The notes under the pieces: model-generated
The model's input: the letters and a program-made list of their open reading frames with translations, nothing else
Told to the model about the DNA's origin: nothing
Database searches by the model: none
Program-made: the position numbers and the translations under genes
In this document: positions 8,601 to 17,660 of the stretch, in pieces
How positions within the stretch are numbered: position 1 is the stretch's first letter
Layout of the letters: every line of letters begins with the position of its first letter
Origin: Myxococcota bacterium
Lineage (GTDB): Bacteria; Myxococcota_A; UBA9160; SZUA-336
DNA: 64,000 nucleotides
Reading direction: 5' to 3'
Assembly: GCA_965247115.1 (NCBI GenBank)
Contig: CBDFGR010000001.1
Coordinates: 1-64,000, forward strand

Positions 8601-9044
8601 ATGGCTAAGAGGAAGAGAACAGAGGGCCTCATGCCTCGAAGATCAAGAGCGCCGGACTCGCTCACACCGAAGGAGGTCGCGCGTCTTACTGCTTGGTGTC
8701 AGGAAAAGTTCCCATGGTTTGAGCGCGAGCTCCCAAAGCTCGTTGGTACGTGTCTCGATCATCACGGTGCGAAGGGCTCGCTGATGGCGGACTGGCTCCG
8801 AACCTGCCAGACCTGGGTGCGGCGCGAGGACGGTTTCCATCCCGAGATCCGGCAGGCCTGGACCAAGCGTCGGCGGCACGAGCGAGACGGCGAGGAGCTT
8901 CGGGCCGCTCTGGAGCAGCCGAAGCCAGAGGACCCACAGCTCGCCTTCGGCATGACGATCGAGCCGTCTGTTCAGCCACGTCAGGGACCGATGGGCGCAA
9001 TGCTGCAGGAGATCCTGACTGCTGCGGCGAGGGGAAAGGCATGA
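8601..9044 (+). CDS. Protein resembling a phage replication-initiator C-terminal domain
   Basis: CLDHHGAKGSLMADWLRTCQTWVRR motif; no N-terminal HTH. Confidence 0.5.
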   Translation: MAKRKRTEGLMPRRSRAPDSLTPKEVARLTAWCQEKFPWFERELPKLVGTCLDHHGAKGSLMADWLRTCQTWVRREDGFHPEIRQAWTKRRRHERDGEELRAALEQPKPEDPQLAFGMTIEPSVQPRQGPMGAMLQEILTAAARGKA

Positions 9045-9334
9045 GCAACCAGCTTGACCTCTTCCATCCGATGGCGCGGCGCAACGATCCGTTGAGTTCG
9101 CACGACGCGGCCAACGAGCACGAACGCTCTGGCGGAGCTCAATGCCAGCGTGACCAGGTCCTGAAGCTCGTCTGCCGGTTTCCGCGCAGCACCTCCAAGG
9201 AGCTCTCCTCCTACGGAAGAGTGGAGCGCCACATGGTGGCTCGGAGACTGCCGGAACTTGAGAGGGAAGGGCGGATCGCCAGAATCGATACGAGAGGAGA
9301 GCTCCGCTGGGTGCTCTCGCTGGGCAGGCTGTGA
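9041..9334 (+). CDS. Phage winged-helix protein
   Basis: ARRNDPLSSHDAA...TSKEL...VARRLPELEREGRI. Confidence 0.7.
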   Translation: MSNQLDLFHPMARRNDPLSSHDAANEHERSGGAQCQRDQVLKLVCRFPRSTSKELSSYGRVERHMVARRLPELEREGRIARIDTRGELRWVLSLGRL

Positions 9335-9579
9335 GCCAGCCCACCCTCCATAGCCGCGCGCGCCCAACCTTCATCGCTCAGCGCATTCCTGTACGGGAGC
9401 TTACCTGGGACCCGCCCATCCGCGCGGATACCGCTTCTCGCGCCCGTCGCTGCGAGAACGGCAGGTGCAAGCAGAGGACGAGGTTCCGCGTACAGGTTCC
9501 ATGTCCTGGGGGCAAGCGCTGGGCCCACTGGTGTGGCTGCAAGGTGGCTATAGCGGGCCAGTACGCGAGTGGGCTCTAG
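9331..9579 (+). CDS. Small Cys-rich hypothetical protein
   Basis: GTGA overlap; CENGRC...HWCGC. Confidence 0.45.
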   Translation: MSQPTLHSRARPTFIAQRIPVRELTWDPPIRADTASRARRCENGRCKQRTRFRVQVPCPGGKRWAHWCGCKVAIAGQYASGL

Positions 9580-9581
9580 CC

Positions 9582-9944
9582 ATGGGCCGTGGTAGGCGAC
9601 TTCGGCAAGCGCCAGCACGCGCCCACAAGTACGGCGTGGCCCCAGCGCCTGAACGCACGGTGGATGGAATCCTATTCGCTTCAAAGCTCGAGTCGCGTCG
9701 CTACTCGGGCTTGAAGATCCTGCTGGAGGCTCAGCGTATCCATACGCTTGAGCTCCAGCCACGCTATCCCTGCCGCGTAAACGGCAAGCAGGTCTGCACC
9801 TACGTCGCTGACTTCCGCTACGTGGACGAACACGGTCGAACGGTGGTGGAGGACGCGAAGGGCCTGAGGACACCGCTCTACAAGCTGAAAAAGAAGATCG
9901 TGGAGGCGCTCTACGACTTCGAGATCCAGGAGTACGTGGATTGA
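9582..9944 (+). CDS. DUF1064-type PD-(D/E)XK endonuclease
   Basis: HKYG...VDGILFASKLE...YVADFRY...VVEDAKG. Confidence 0.85.
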   Translation: MGRGRRLRQAPARAHKYGVAPAPERTVDGILFASKLESRRYSGLKILLEAQRIHTLELQPRYPCRVNGKQVCTYVADFRYVDEHGRTVVEDAKGLRTPLYKLKKKIVEALYDFEIQEYVD

Positions 9945-10075
9945 CCTGGGTGTGGGTGACGGTAGCGTTCGTGGCGGGGTTCCTGGTGTGCTCGAAGCAG
10001 GTCGCGCACGCCAAGCTGCTAAACCAGCGAACCGACGAGCTCTTCGAGCGGAAACGTACGAGTTAGCAAGAAACG

Positions 10076-10687
10076 ATGCCGAAGTTGCTAAATCAGCGGC
10101 AGCAAATGTTCGTAACGCGCTATCTCAAGCACGAAAACGGACAGAAAGCTGCAACCGAAGCGGGTTACTCGGCCAAGTCTGCGGAAGTACAGGCTTCGCG
10201 ATTGCTAAGACATGTCGGGGTTCGCGACGCGATCCTGAAAGCGAAGCAGCACGCGACCGAGACGACGCAGGTGGACGCGGCGTGGCTTCTGAACCGCCTG
10301 GCCGAGCTCGCCGAGGTAGACATCCTTGACCTGTTGGATAAACGCGGCGACATCCGCAAGCTCGAGGACATACCATCCCGAGCTCGTCGGCTTATCGCTG
10401 GGCTCGAGATCGAGGCGCTCTACGCCGGCACGGGCGATGATCGGGTGCAGATCGGGCACGTCCGCAAGATCAAGCTGCTGGATCGTCTGCGGGTGTACGA
10501 CCAGATCGGTCGCCACGTGGATGTGTCGGCCTTCCAGAGCGAGAAGGAAACGGTCGTCCCCGTCCTGGTGATCCGGGACTTCACGGGGATGGCGCCGCGG
10601 CAGGTAGAGGAGGGTCTCGAGGCTCTCCGGCTCGAGGCGAAGACGGATGAGCAAGGGAAAGCGGAAGAGCAGTCACAAGAAGGCTGA
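10076..10687 (+). CDS. Terminase small subunit
   Basis: QQMFVTRYL...NGQKAATEAGYSAKSAEVQASRLL. Confidence 0.92.
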   Translation: MPKLLNQRQQMFVTRYLKHENGQKAATEAGYSAKSAEVQASRLLRHVGVRDAILKAKQHATETTQVDAAWLLNRLAELAEVDILDLLDKRGDIRKLEDIPSRARRLIAGLEIEALYAGTGDDRVQIGHVRKIKLLDRLRVYDQIGRHVDVSAFQSEKETVVPVLVIRDFTGMAPRQVEEGLEALRLEAKTDEQGKAEEQSQEG

Positions 10688-10880
10688 GGAGGATTCTCCG
10701 AAGCCGGATGTGGAGGAGAGCTGCGCGAACTGTCACTTCTTCCAGGAGCGCAAGGGCCGATCCGTGGGCCTCTGTCGTTTGGATCCGACGAGTATTCGGA
10801 AGCACCCGGAGGACTGGTGCGGACAGTGGAGCTATGCCGAAGAGAAGACTCAGCGAGAAGATCGGCGTATCGGCTTCTAG
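10647..10880 (+). CDS. Small Cys-rich phage protein
   Basis: CANCHFF...GLCRLDP...DWCGQW. Confidence 0.65.
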   Translation: MSKGKRKSSHKKAEEDSPKPDVEESCANCHFFQERKGRSVGLCRLDPTSIRKHPEDWCGQWSYAEEKTQREDRRIGF

Positions 10881-10898
10881 GCTGAGCGCTGCGAAGAC

Positions 10899-11330
10899 AT
10901 GATCCTCCGTCAAGGTACGCAGGCGATTGTTCCCGTTGGTCCCTTTCGGGATGTGACCGATGATGCCACGCCGGAAGCGGGCATCACGCTCGGTGCTGCC
11001 GACCAGGCTGAGCTCTTGAAGGTTGGTGGCGTCGCCACGGTGGACCTATCCGGCGCGACCTGGGCGGCGATCACGGGCTGCGACGGCTGGTATCACCTCA
11101 CGCTCACGACCAGTCACACGGACACGGTCGGTCCACTCATCGTGGTGGTGCAGGATGTCTCCGAGTGCCGGCCTGTCTGGGCCCGCTTCCAGGTGATCGA
11201 GGAGGTCGTCTACGACTCGATCTACGCGGCCAGCGCGATGGGCTTCTCGACCACGGAGGCGGATCTCACCAAGCTCAGCACAACCATGCGCACCCTTGCC
11301 CTCAAGGGCTGGGCGGTCTCGTCGTTCTGA
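10899..11330 (+). CDS. Phage hypothetical (possible virion) protein
   Basis: 143-aa ORF, TGATG-coupled to terL. Confidence 0.7.
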   Translation: MILRQGTQAIVPVGPFRDVTDDATPEAGITLGAADQAELLKVGGVATVDLSGATWAAITGCDGWYHLTLTTSHTDTVGPLIVVVQDVSECRPVWARFQVIEEVVYDSIYAASAMGFSTTEADLTKLSTTMRTLALKGWAVSSF

Positions 11331-12808
11331 TGCAGGCGGCTCCAAAGATCCCGCTGGCGCTTGGCTGCCCGCAGTATCCGGTGCTGGATGCCTTCATGGC
11401 CTGCCGCGCGCCAGTCTCGGTGATCCGCGGGCCACTGGGCGCGGGCAAGACCTTCGCCGCGGCGCAACGGATCCTCGTTCACATGAAGGAGCAGAGGGCC
11501 AACGCGGAGGGGATCCGACCGTCGCGCTGGATCGCGGTACGGAACACCTACCCGACGCTGATGAGCACGACGGCCAAGGACTTCGAGGCGGTCTTCCGGG
11601 GGCTGGGCAAGATGCGCTACGGCGGGCTCGAGCCGCCGACCTTTCATGTGCGAGCGATGCTCGAGGACGGCACGAAGATCGTGGGCGAGATGATCTTCCT
11701 GGCGCTTGACCGCGAGGACTCGGTGAAGAAGCTCCAGGGCATGCAGCTCACGGGCGCCTGGATGAACGAGATGAAGGAGCTCGTGAAGCCCGTGGTGGAC
11801 ATGACCGATGGTCGGCTTGGGCGCTACCCGACCTACGCGGATGGCGGGCTGGAACCCACCTGGTTCGGGATGCTGGGCGACACGAACAGCCCGGACGAGG
11901 ACCACTGGCTCTATCGGCTGGCGGAGGAGGATCGCCCGAAGGGCTGGGAGTTCTTCGTGCAGCCCGGGGGCGTGTTCCCGACGGGGACGACGAACCACCT
12001 GGGCAGGGAGATCTTTCGCCTGAACGCGAACGCCGAGAACCTCTCGAACCTCCCGCAGAGCTACTACGAGCGGCTGATGGAGGGGAAAGACGACGCCTGG
12101 ATCAAGGTCTTTCTCGCGAACGAGTACGGCTTTGTCGTCGAAGGGAAGCCTGTCCACCCCGAGTACATCGATTCGTCCCACACCTCGAAGGTGGAGCTCG
12201 ACGTGGACCCGCGCTACCCGCTCACGCTCGGCCTGGACTACGGCCGTGAGCCCGCGTGCGCGATCGCGCAGCACATCGAGCACGTGGGGCGCTGGCACAT
12301 CATTGACGAGTTCGTCTCGATGGACATGAGCGCGTCGATCTTCGGGCCCGAGCTCAAGCGCTATCTGGATCGGAACTACAGCGGCATGGACGTGGACGCT
12401 TGGGGTGATCCAGCGGGCGATGCGCAGGGCCAGGCGACCGAGGACACGCCCATGCTCATCATGCGCGCAGCCGGGATCCCGGTCCGGGCGGCGCCGTCGA
12501 ACGTGCCGGCGCTACGGCGCGCGGCGATCGCCAACCCGTGCCTCCGGATGTGCATGGACAGCAAGCCGGCGCTCCAGGTGAGCCCGAAGGCAAAGCAGAT
12601 CCGGAAGGGCCTCATGGGTGGCTGGGTGTACCGCCGGCTTCAGATCGCAGGTCATGAGCGCTACACCGATCTGCCGGAGAAGGGTCCGCTCTCACACCCG
12701 TGCGAGGCTGCAGAGTATGCTCTCCTGGGTGGGGGTGAGGGCCGGGCGGCGATCCGTCCCGCGAGGCACGAGCGCAACCGTTTGCGCCAGACGAGGGCGA
12801 ACATGTGA
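11330..12808 (+). CDS. Terminase large subunit
   Basis: GPLGAGKT Walker A, WMNE Walker B, DTNSP, GLDYG nuclease motif, SHPCEAAEY. Confidence 0.95.
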   Translation: MQAAPKIPLALGCPQYPVLDAFMACRAPVSVIRGPLGAGKTFAAAQRILVHMKEQRANAEGIRPSRWIAVRNTYPTLMSTTAKDFEAVFRGLGKMRYGGLEPPTFHVRAMLEDGTKIVGEMIFLALDREDSVKKLQGMQLTGAWMNEMKELVKPVVDMTDGRLGRYPTYADGGLEPTWFGMLGDTNSPDEDHWLYRLAEEDRPKGWEFFVQPGGVFPTGTTNHLGREIFRLNANAENLSNLPQSYYERLMEGKDDAWIKVFLANEYGFVVEGKPVHPEYIDSSHTSKVELDVDPRYPLTLGLDYGREPACAIAQHIEHVGRWHIIDEFVSMDMSASIFGPELKRYLDRNYSGMDVDAWGDPAGDAQGQATEDTPMLIMRAAGIPVRAAPSNVPALRRAAIANPCLRMCMDSKPALQVSPKAKQIRKGLMGGWVYRRLQIAGHERYTDLPEKGPLSHPCEAAEYALLGGGEGRAAIRPARHERNRLRQTRANM

Positions 12809-12847
12809 TCGCCCGGGAGGTACAGACGTGAAGTTGGGCCAAGGCGC

Positions 12848-13264
12848 ATGATCTTCCGGGAAGTGCCGGTTGTGGAGCGCCCGGAGTGCGCGAACATCGT
12901 GAAGAGCTGGGGCTATCCGCGTGAGATCACGGACGCAGACGTACAGGGCACCTGGATCAAGGCGCTCGAGCCAGGGAACGGGAAGCGCCTCATGGGTCTG
13001 GCCTGGTTCACGCCGGGTCCGGATCCGCGCTCCGTCTCGCTCCACGCAACCGGGCTCTCCTCGTTGCAGCCGCTCGGGACGGAGAAGAACCTCCACGCGC
13101 TCGAAGTGATCGCAGGGCTCATGGGTGCCGACCGGCTCTACGCCTGCTTGATGCCGGAACACGCAGCGCAGGGGGTTCCTGCGGCTGCCATGCATCGATA
13201 CCTTCGCATCCGCGGCTGGCATGAAGACGAGTGGGGCTCGTACCGCGAGATTGGAGCGGACTGA
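12848..13264 (+). CDS. GNAT-fold-like phage protein (tentative)
   Basis: LMGLAWF...VSLHA...ADRLYA...RYLRIRGW pattern. Confidence 0.55.
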   Translation: MIFREVPVVERPECANIVKSWGYPREITDADVQGTWIKALEPGNGKRLMGLAWFTPGPDPRSVSLHATGLSSLQPLGTEKNLHALEVIAGLMGADRLYACLMPEHAAQGVPAAAMHRYLRIRGWHEDEWGSYREIGAD

Positions 13265-13527
13265 TGGGCGGATTCCCGACTGAACCGAGCGGCGTTCCGA
13301 AGCTCCCGACCGGGCGCAAACTCCCGGTGCGCGGCCAGCCAGAAGAGTCGCTTGAGACGGAGCGCGAGCAGCAGGAGCGGAGCTCGACGGTTACGCGTCA
13401 AGACCTGGAAGTGCGGCGACGGCGCGCTCGGGGGAACACAGGAGAGAGTCGCGGCAGGGCGTCGTCCATCTTGGCGACGCCGCTCGGCGGCTTCGGAGTA
13501 GGCTCGCGCGTTCTGCTCGGGCTGTAG
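13264..13527 (+). CDS. Small basic pre-portal virion protein
   Basis: MGG...RRRRARG...RASSILATPL...VLLGL. Confidence 0.7.
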   Translation: MGGFPTEPSGVPKLPTGRKLPVRGQPEESLETEREQQERSSTVTRQDLEVRRRRARGNTGESRGRASSILATPLGGFGVGSRVLLGL

Positions 13528-13536
13528 GAGGAGAAC

Positions 13537-13752
13537 ATGGGCGGCATCATCGACGCGATCACGGGCAAGAAGGACAAGAGGATCACTCCACCGGAGAAGC
13601 CTGCGCGGATCGACGAGGAGGGAGCCCTGGCCGCGGAGCGAGAGCGCAGGCGGCGACGGCGTGAGGGAGGACGGGGTTCCACGATCCTCTCGTCACCGTT
13701 GGGCCTCACGGCTCCGGCACGCGTGGCGACGAAGACGCTCACGGGTAGCTAG
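13537..13752 (+). CDS. Small basic pre-portal virion protein (T7 gp7.3-like position)
   Basis: MGGI...RRRRREGGRGSTILSSPL...KTLTGS. Confidence 0.75.
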   Translation: MGGIIDAITGKKDKRITPPEKPARIDEEGALAAERERRRRRREGGRGSTILSSPLGLTAPARVATKTLTGS

Positions 13753-13754
13753 CC

Positions 13755-15392
13755 GTGGCCGACCACAACGTCGAGGAGACCCTGCGACGCTTCGAGGACC
13801 TCGAGGCTCGCCGATCGAATTGGGACCACCACTGGCAGGAGGTCTCCGAGATCGTCTGGCCCGATGCGGCCGACTTCACCGTGCAGCGGAGCCCAGGCGA
13901 GAAGCGCAATCAGAACCTCTACGATGCTACGGCCGCCATGGCGCTCGAGAAGTTCGCGGCCGCCATGGAGTCCATGCTGACACCGCGCCAGCAGAAGTGG
14001 CACACGCTCAAGGCCTCGGACGACGATCTGAACAAGGACCCCGAGGTGAAGCTCTGGTTCGAGCAAGCGAACCGCACACTCTTCACGGCTCGGAACAGTC
14101 CACGCGCGAACTACTACAGCCAGAAGCACGAGGGCTACAAGAGCCTCGGCGCCTTCGGGAACGAGTGCCTCTTTATCGAGGAGAATCCGAACGGCGGGAT
14201 CCGCTACCGGGGTTGTCACATCGCGCAGGTGTTCATCGAGACGGATCCTCAGGGTGTGGTGGACACGATCTACCGTCGCTACCCGCTCTCGGCCAAGGCT
14301 GCGCACCAGAAGTGGGGCGAGCGGACACCGGAGAAGGTCCGGATCGCCCTCGAGAAGAGCCCGTGGCAGCCCTTCGACTTCCTGCACGTGGTCGTGCCGC
14401 GGGAGCAGGTGGACCCGGAGGCCCTGGATCACGAGGGGATGGCGTGGGAGTCCCTCCAGATCGGGATCGACGACAAGGTCCTGATCGAGGAGTCGGGCTA
14501 CCACGAGCTCCCGTACAAGTACGCGCGCTACACGGTGAACGCGACGGAGATGTTCGGGCGCGGGCCGGCGATGCTGGTTCTGCCGTCGATCAAGATGACG
14601 CAGGAGATGCAGAAGACCTTCATCCGCGCCGGCCACAAGGCGGTGGATCCGCCGCTCCTGGCGCGCGACGATGGCGTGATCGGGATGGGCTCGCAGGGAG
14701 TGGAGCTCCGATCCGGCTACGTGACGTGGGGCGGGCTCGACGAGCAGGGCAACCCCGTGATCAAGCCCTTCATCTCCGGCGCCCAGCTCGAGCTCACGGA
14801 GGGGATGCTCGAGACCGAGCGGAACGTGATCAAGGACGCCTTCCTGGTGACGCTCTTCCTCACGCTGCTGGAGCACCCCGAGATGACGGCGACCGAGGTG
14901 CTGGCGCGGCTACAGGAGAAGGGCCAGCTCCTCGCTCCCACGGTAGGCCGGCAGCAGAGCGAGATGCTGGGGCCGCAGATCGAGCGCGAGCTCGCGATCC
15001 TGACTCGCCAGGGCTTCTTGACGCCGCTCCCTCCAGTGCTCGAGGAGGCCGAGGGAGAGTACGAGATCGTGTACGAGAGCCCGGCCATGCGGCAGCAGCG
15101 GATCGAGGAGGCGCTTGGGATCCAGCGCACGCTCGAGATGGCGGCGCCCTTCATCGCGGCGGACCCGACCGTGCTCGACGTGTTCAAGCCCGTGGAGATC
15201 ATCCGGCTCTCGGCCGAGATCTACGGCGCGCCGAGCTCGATTCTGCGCACGGAGGAGGAGCTCGAGGAGCTCACGAAGCGCCGCGAGGAGGAGGCGCAGG
15301 CGGCGCAGACCGCGGCGGCCTTGCCCGAGCTCGCGACTGCAGCGAAGGACCTGGCGCAGGCCGGCGCGGTCCGGGCCCCGAATGCTCAGTAA
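13755..15392 (+). CDS. Portal/head-tail connector (T7 gp8 family)
   Basis: 545 aa; YDATA, FGRGPA, EMTATEV motifs. Confidence 0.95.
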   Translation: MADHNVEETLRRFEDLEARRSNWDHHWQEVSEIVWPDAADFTVQRSPGEKRNQNLYDATAAMALEKFAAAMESMLTPRQQKWHTLKASDDDLNKDPEVKLWFEQANRTLFTARNSPRANYYSQKHEGYKSLGAFGNECLFIEENPNGGIRYRGCHIAQVFIETDPQGVVDTIYRRYPLSAKAAHQKWGERTPEKVRIALEKSPWQPFDFLHVVVPREQVDPEALDHEGMAWESLQIGIDDKVLIEESGYHELPYKYARYTVNATEMFGRGPAMLVLPSIKMTQEMQKTFIRAGHKAVDPPLLARDDGVIGMGSQGVELRSGYVTWGGLDEQGNPVIKPFISGAQLELTEGMLETERNVIKDAFLVTLFLTLLEHPEMTATEVLARLQEKGQLLAPTVGRQQSEMLGPQIERELAILTRQGFLTPLPPVLEEAEGEYEIVYESPAMRQQRIEEALGIQRTLEMAAPFIAADPTVLDVFKPVEIIRLSAEIYGAPSSILRTEEELEELTKRREEEAQAAQTAAALPELATAAKDLAQAGAVRAPNAQ

Positions 15393-15651
15393 CGTCATCC
15401 ACTCGATGCGGTCGCGCTGGTATCGCGCCACCTTCCAGACCGAGATGGGGCGGCGGGTGCTGGGAGATCTGGCGCGCTTCTGCCACGCCTACACGACGAC
15501 GCATGTGCAGGGCGATCCGGTGGGCAGCGCGCAGCTCGAGGGACGGCGCCAGGTCTTCTTGCGGATCCGCGGCCATCTGCGGGCCGACCAGGAAACGATT
15601 GAGGACATCGCCGAGCGCACGCAAGCGCTCGAGCGGGATAGGAGTGCATGA
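15382..15651 (+). CDS. Post-portal protein (Bbp19-like)
   Basis: YRATFQTEMGRRVLGDLARFC...EGRRQVFLRI. Confidence 0.8.
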   Translation: MLSNVIHSMRSRWYRATFQTEMGRRVLGDLARFCHAYTTTHVQGDPVGSAQLEGRRQVFLRIRGHLRADQETIEDIAERTQALERDRSA

Positions 15652-16496
15652 TGGCAGGAGAGGGTGGTGAAGGTACGGGCGATCAGGGCGAGGGACCTGG
15701 TGGCGAGGGCGGCGGGGTGGAGACCTGGACCGAAGGGCTGGGCGAAGAGGTCCGGGGCTGGGTAGAGTCAAAGGGCTGGCAGACCGCTGATGATGCCTTT
15801 GCAAGCCATCGCAGTCTCGAGCAGATGCAGCGCGTTCCTCGCGAGCGCCTGCTGGAGATCCCAGAGACGGCGGACGATGCGACCGCGTGGAGCGGCGTCT
15901 ACCAGCGTCTCGGGGCTCCTGCGGAGGCGTCCGGATACGAGTTCCCGGAGGTCCAGGTCGGCGAGGGCCAGGTAGACCTCAGGGGGAAGTTCCGGGAGTG
16001 GGCGCACAAGCGGCACCTCACGAAGGACCAGGCGTCGGGGCTCTTCGAGGACTTCCAGGCGGAGATGGGCGGGATTGAGGAAGCGGCGCTCGAGGAGCGC
16101 AATCAGCAGAGCGAGCTCGAGATGGCGGCGCTCAAGAAGAGCTGGGGGCAGGAGTACGACGCGAACGTCCTGGCCGGCAAGCGCGCTGCTCGAGGTCTGG
16201 GCCTGGACGAGGCGCAGCTCGGCTCGCTCGAGGACGCGCTCGGGACCCGCGAGATGCTCGAGCTCATGGCGAAGATCGGACGCGGGATCGGCGAGTACAA
16301 GCTCCCGGACGAGGAGACGACACTCGGCCAGCCTTTCGGACTCACGCCGGACGCGGCCAGGGTCAAGATCGCGGAGCTCCAGGCGGATCCGGAGTATCAG
16401 AAGGCCTTCCGGCCCGACGCGACTCCCGTGATGCAAGAGGCCGCGAGGGAGAAGATGCAACGGCTCCAGAAGATCGCCTACCCGGAGGGCGCCTAG
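15648..16496 (+). CDS. Capsid scaffolding protein
   Basis: Acidic, helical; LKKSWGQEYDAN; lies between portal and MCP. Confidence 0.85.
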   Translation: MMAGEGGEGTGDQGEGPGGEGGGVETWTEGLGEEVRGWVESKGWQTADDAFASHRSLEQMQRVPRERLLEIPETADDATAWSGVYQRLGAPAEASGYEFPEVQVGEGQVDLRGKFREWAHKRHLTKDQASGLFEDFQAEMGGIEEAALEERNQQSELEMAALKKSWGQEYDANVLAGKRAARGLGLDEAQLGSLEDALGTREMLELMAKIGRGIGEYKLPDEETTLGQPFGLTPDAARVKIAELQADPEYQKAFRPDATPVMQEAAREKMQRLQKIAYPEGA

Positions 16497-16538
16497 CTCT
16501 TGACACGGACGGTGGGATAGGGCGACAGTTCCGAGGTC

Positions 16539-16657
16539 GGCCCGCTTGGCGAGCGGCACAAGCCAAAAGCCAATCCAGGCCCCGCGGTGGCACGCGGGCA
16601 CAAGCCTCGTCGCCGTAGATCAGAGTTCGCAGGCCCGGGAGACCCCGGCATAAGCCT
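16539..16657 (+). promoter_or_regulatory. Three tandem bulged hairpins in the capsid-gene leader
   Basis: (A)GGC-stem-loop-CAYAA-GCC(T) x3 with covarying inner stems. Confidence 0.75.
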
Positions 16658-16707
16658 CGAAGTCGTGGTGCAGCGCGTTCTGCGCTGTGTTTGGAACGAG
16701 GTTTGTC

Positions 16708-17577
16708 ATGTCGAACGAGATCACCACTGCGTTCGTCCAGCAGTACAAGGCGAACGTGGCCCTGCTCCTCCAGCAGCGAGGTAGCAAGCTCGCGGGTGCG
16801 CTCATGACCGGCACCTCGGTCGGCAAGGCCGGCAAGGTGCTGGAGCAGATCGGCCCGGTCGTGGCGCAGAAGCGGACCAGTCGGCACGCGGACACGCCGC
16901 TGATCGAGACCCCTCACGCGGCTCGCTGGGCGTTCCCCAGCGACTACGAGTGGGCGGACCTGATCGACGACCAGGACAAGCTCCGCACGCTGATCGACCC
17001 GCAGAGTCCCTACGCCGTGAACGGCGCCTATGCGCTGGGCCGCGCGAAGGATGATGAGATCATCGCCGCCTTCTTCGGCACGGCGAAGACCGGCGAGGAC
17101 GGGGATGTGGACGAGGCCTTCGATACCGCCACCTACCAGATTGCGGTGGGCGGTGCGGGTCTCACGGTGGGGAAGCTCCGGACGGCGAAGCGGCTCCTCA
17201 TGGCGGCCGAGGTGGACGTGGACAACGACCCCCTCTACGTGGCCATCGGGGCGACGCAGCACGACAACCTGCTCGGCGAGACGCAGGCAGTCAGCCTGGA
17301 CTTCACCGACAAGCCGGTGCTGGTCGATGGCCGGATTCGCGCGTTCATGGGCTTCAACTTCATTGACTGCAATCGCCTCGGGCTCGACGGCTCGGGCGAC
17401 CGCCGTTGCCCGGCCTGGGCGAAGTCCGGCATGCACCTCGAGATGTGGAACGACATCAACACGCAAATCTCGGATCGACCAGACAAGAGCCACGCCACGC
17501 AGGTGTACGTGAAGGGCACCTACGGGGCGACGCGGCTCGAGCAGGGGAAGATCATCGAGATCATCTGCGACGAGTAA
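16708..17577 (+). CDS. Major capsid protein
   Basis: MSNEITTAFVQQY...LLLQQRGSKL...GATRLEQGKI. Confidence 0.93.
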   Translation: MSNEITTAFVQQYKANVALLLQQRGSKLAGALMTGTSVGKAGKVLEQIGPVVAQKRTSRHADTPLIETPHAARWAFPSDYEWADLIDDQDKLRTLIDPQSPYAVNGAYALGRAKDDEIIAAFFGTAKTGEDGDVDEAFDTATYQIAVGGAGLTVGKLRTAKRLLMAAEVDVDNDPLYVAIGATQHDNLLGETQAVSLDFTDKPVLVDGRIRAFMGFNFIDCNRLGLDGSGDRRCPAWAKSGMHLEMWNDINTQISDRPDKSHATQVYVKGTYGATRLEQGKIIEIICDE

Positions 17578-17660
17578 AAAAGAAGCGTTTCTGATCGGTC
17601 GGGCTGGAGCGGCGCGGAGTCGTTCCGCTCCCCGCCTGACCATCGCCAGGGAGGGCAGTC

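Noticed and set aside
9941..10100. Small ORF sharing KLLNQR with the TerS N-terminus
   Set aside because: Match is too short to distinguish from chance or trivial local duplication
17570..17660. T7 10B-like frameshift fusing MCP to the next gene at TAAAAAAG
   Set aside because: The -1 frame stops at 17594, before the next gene starts
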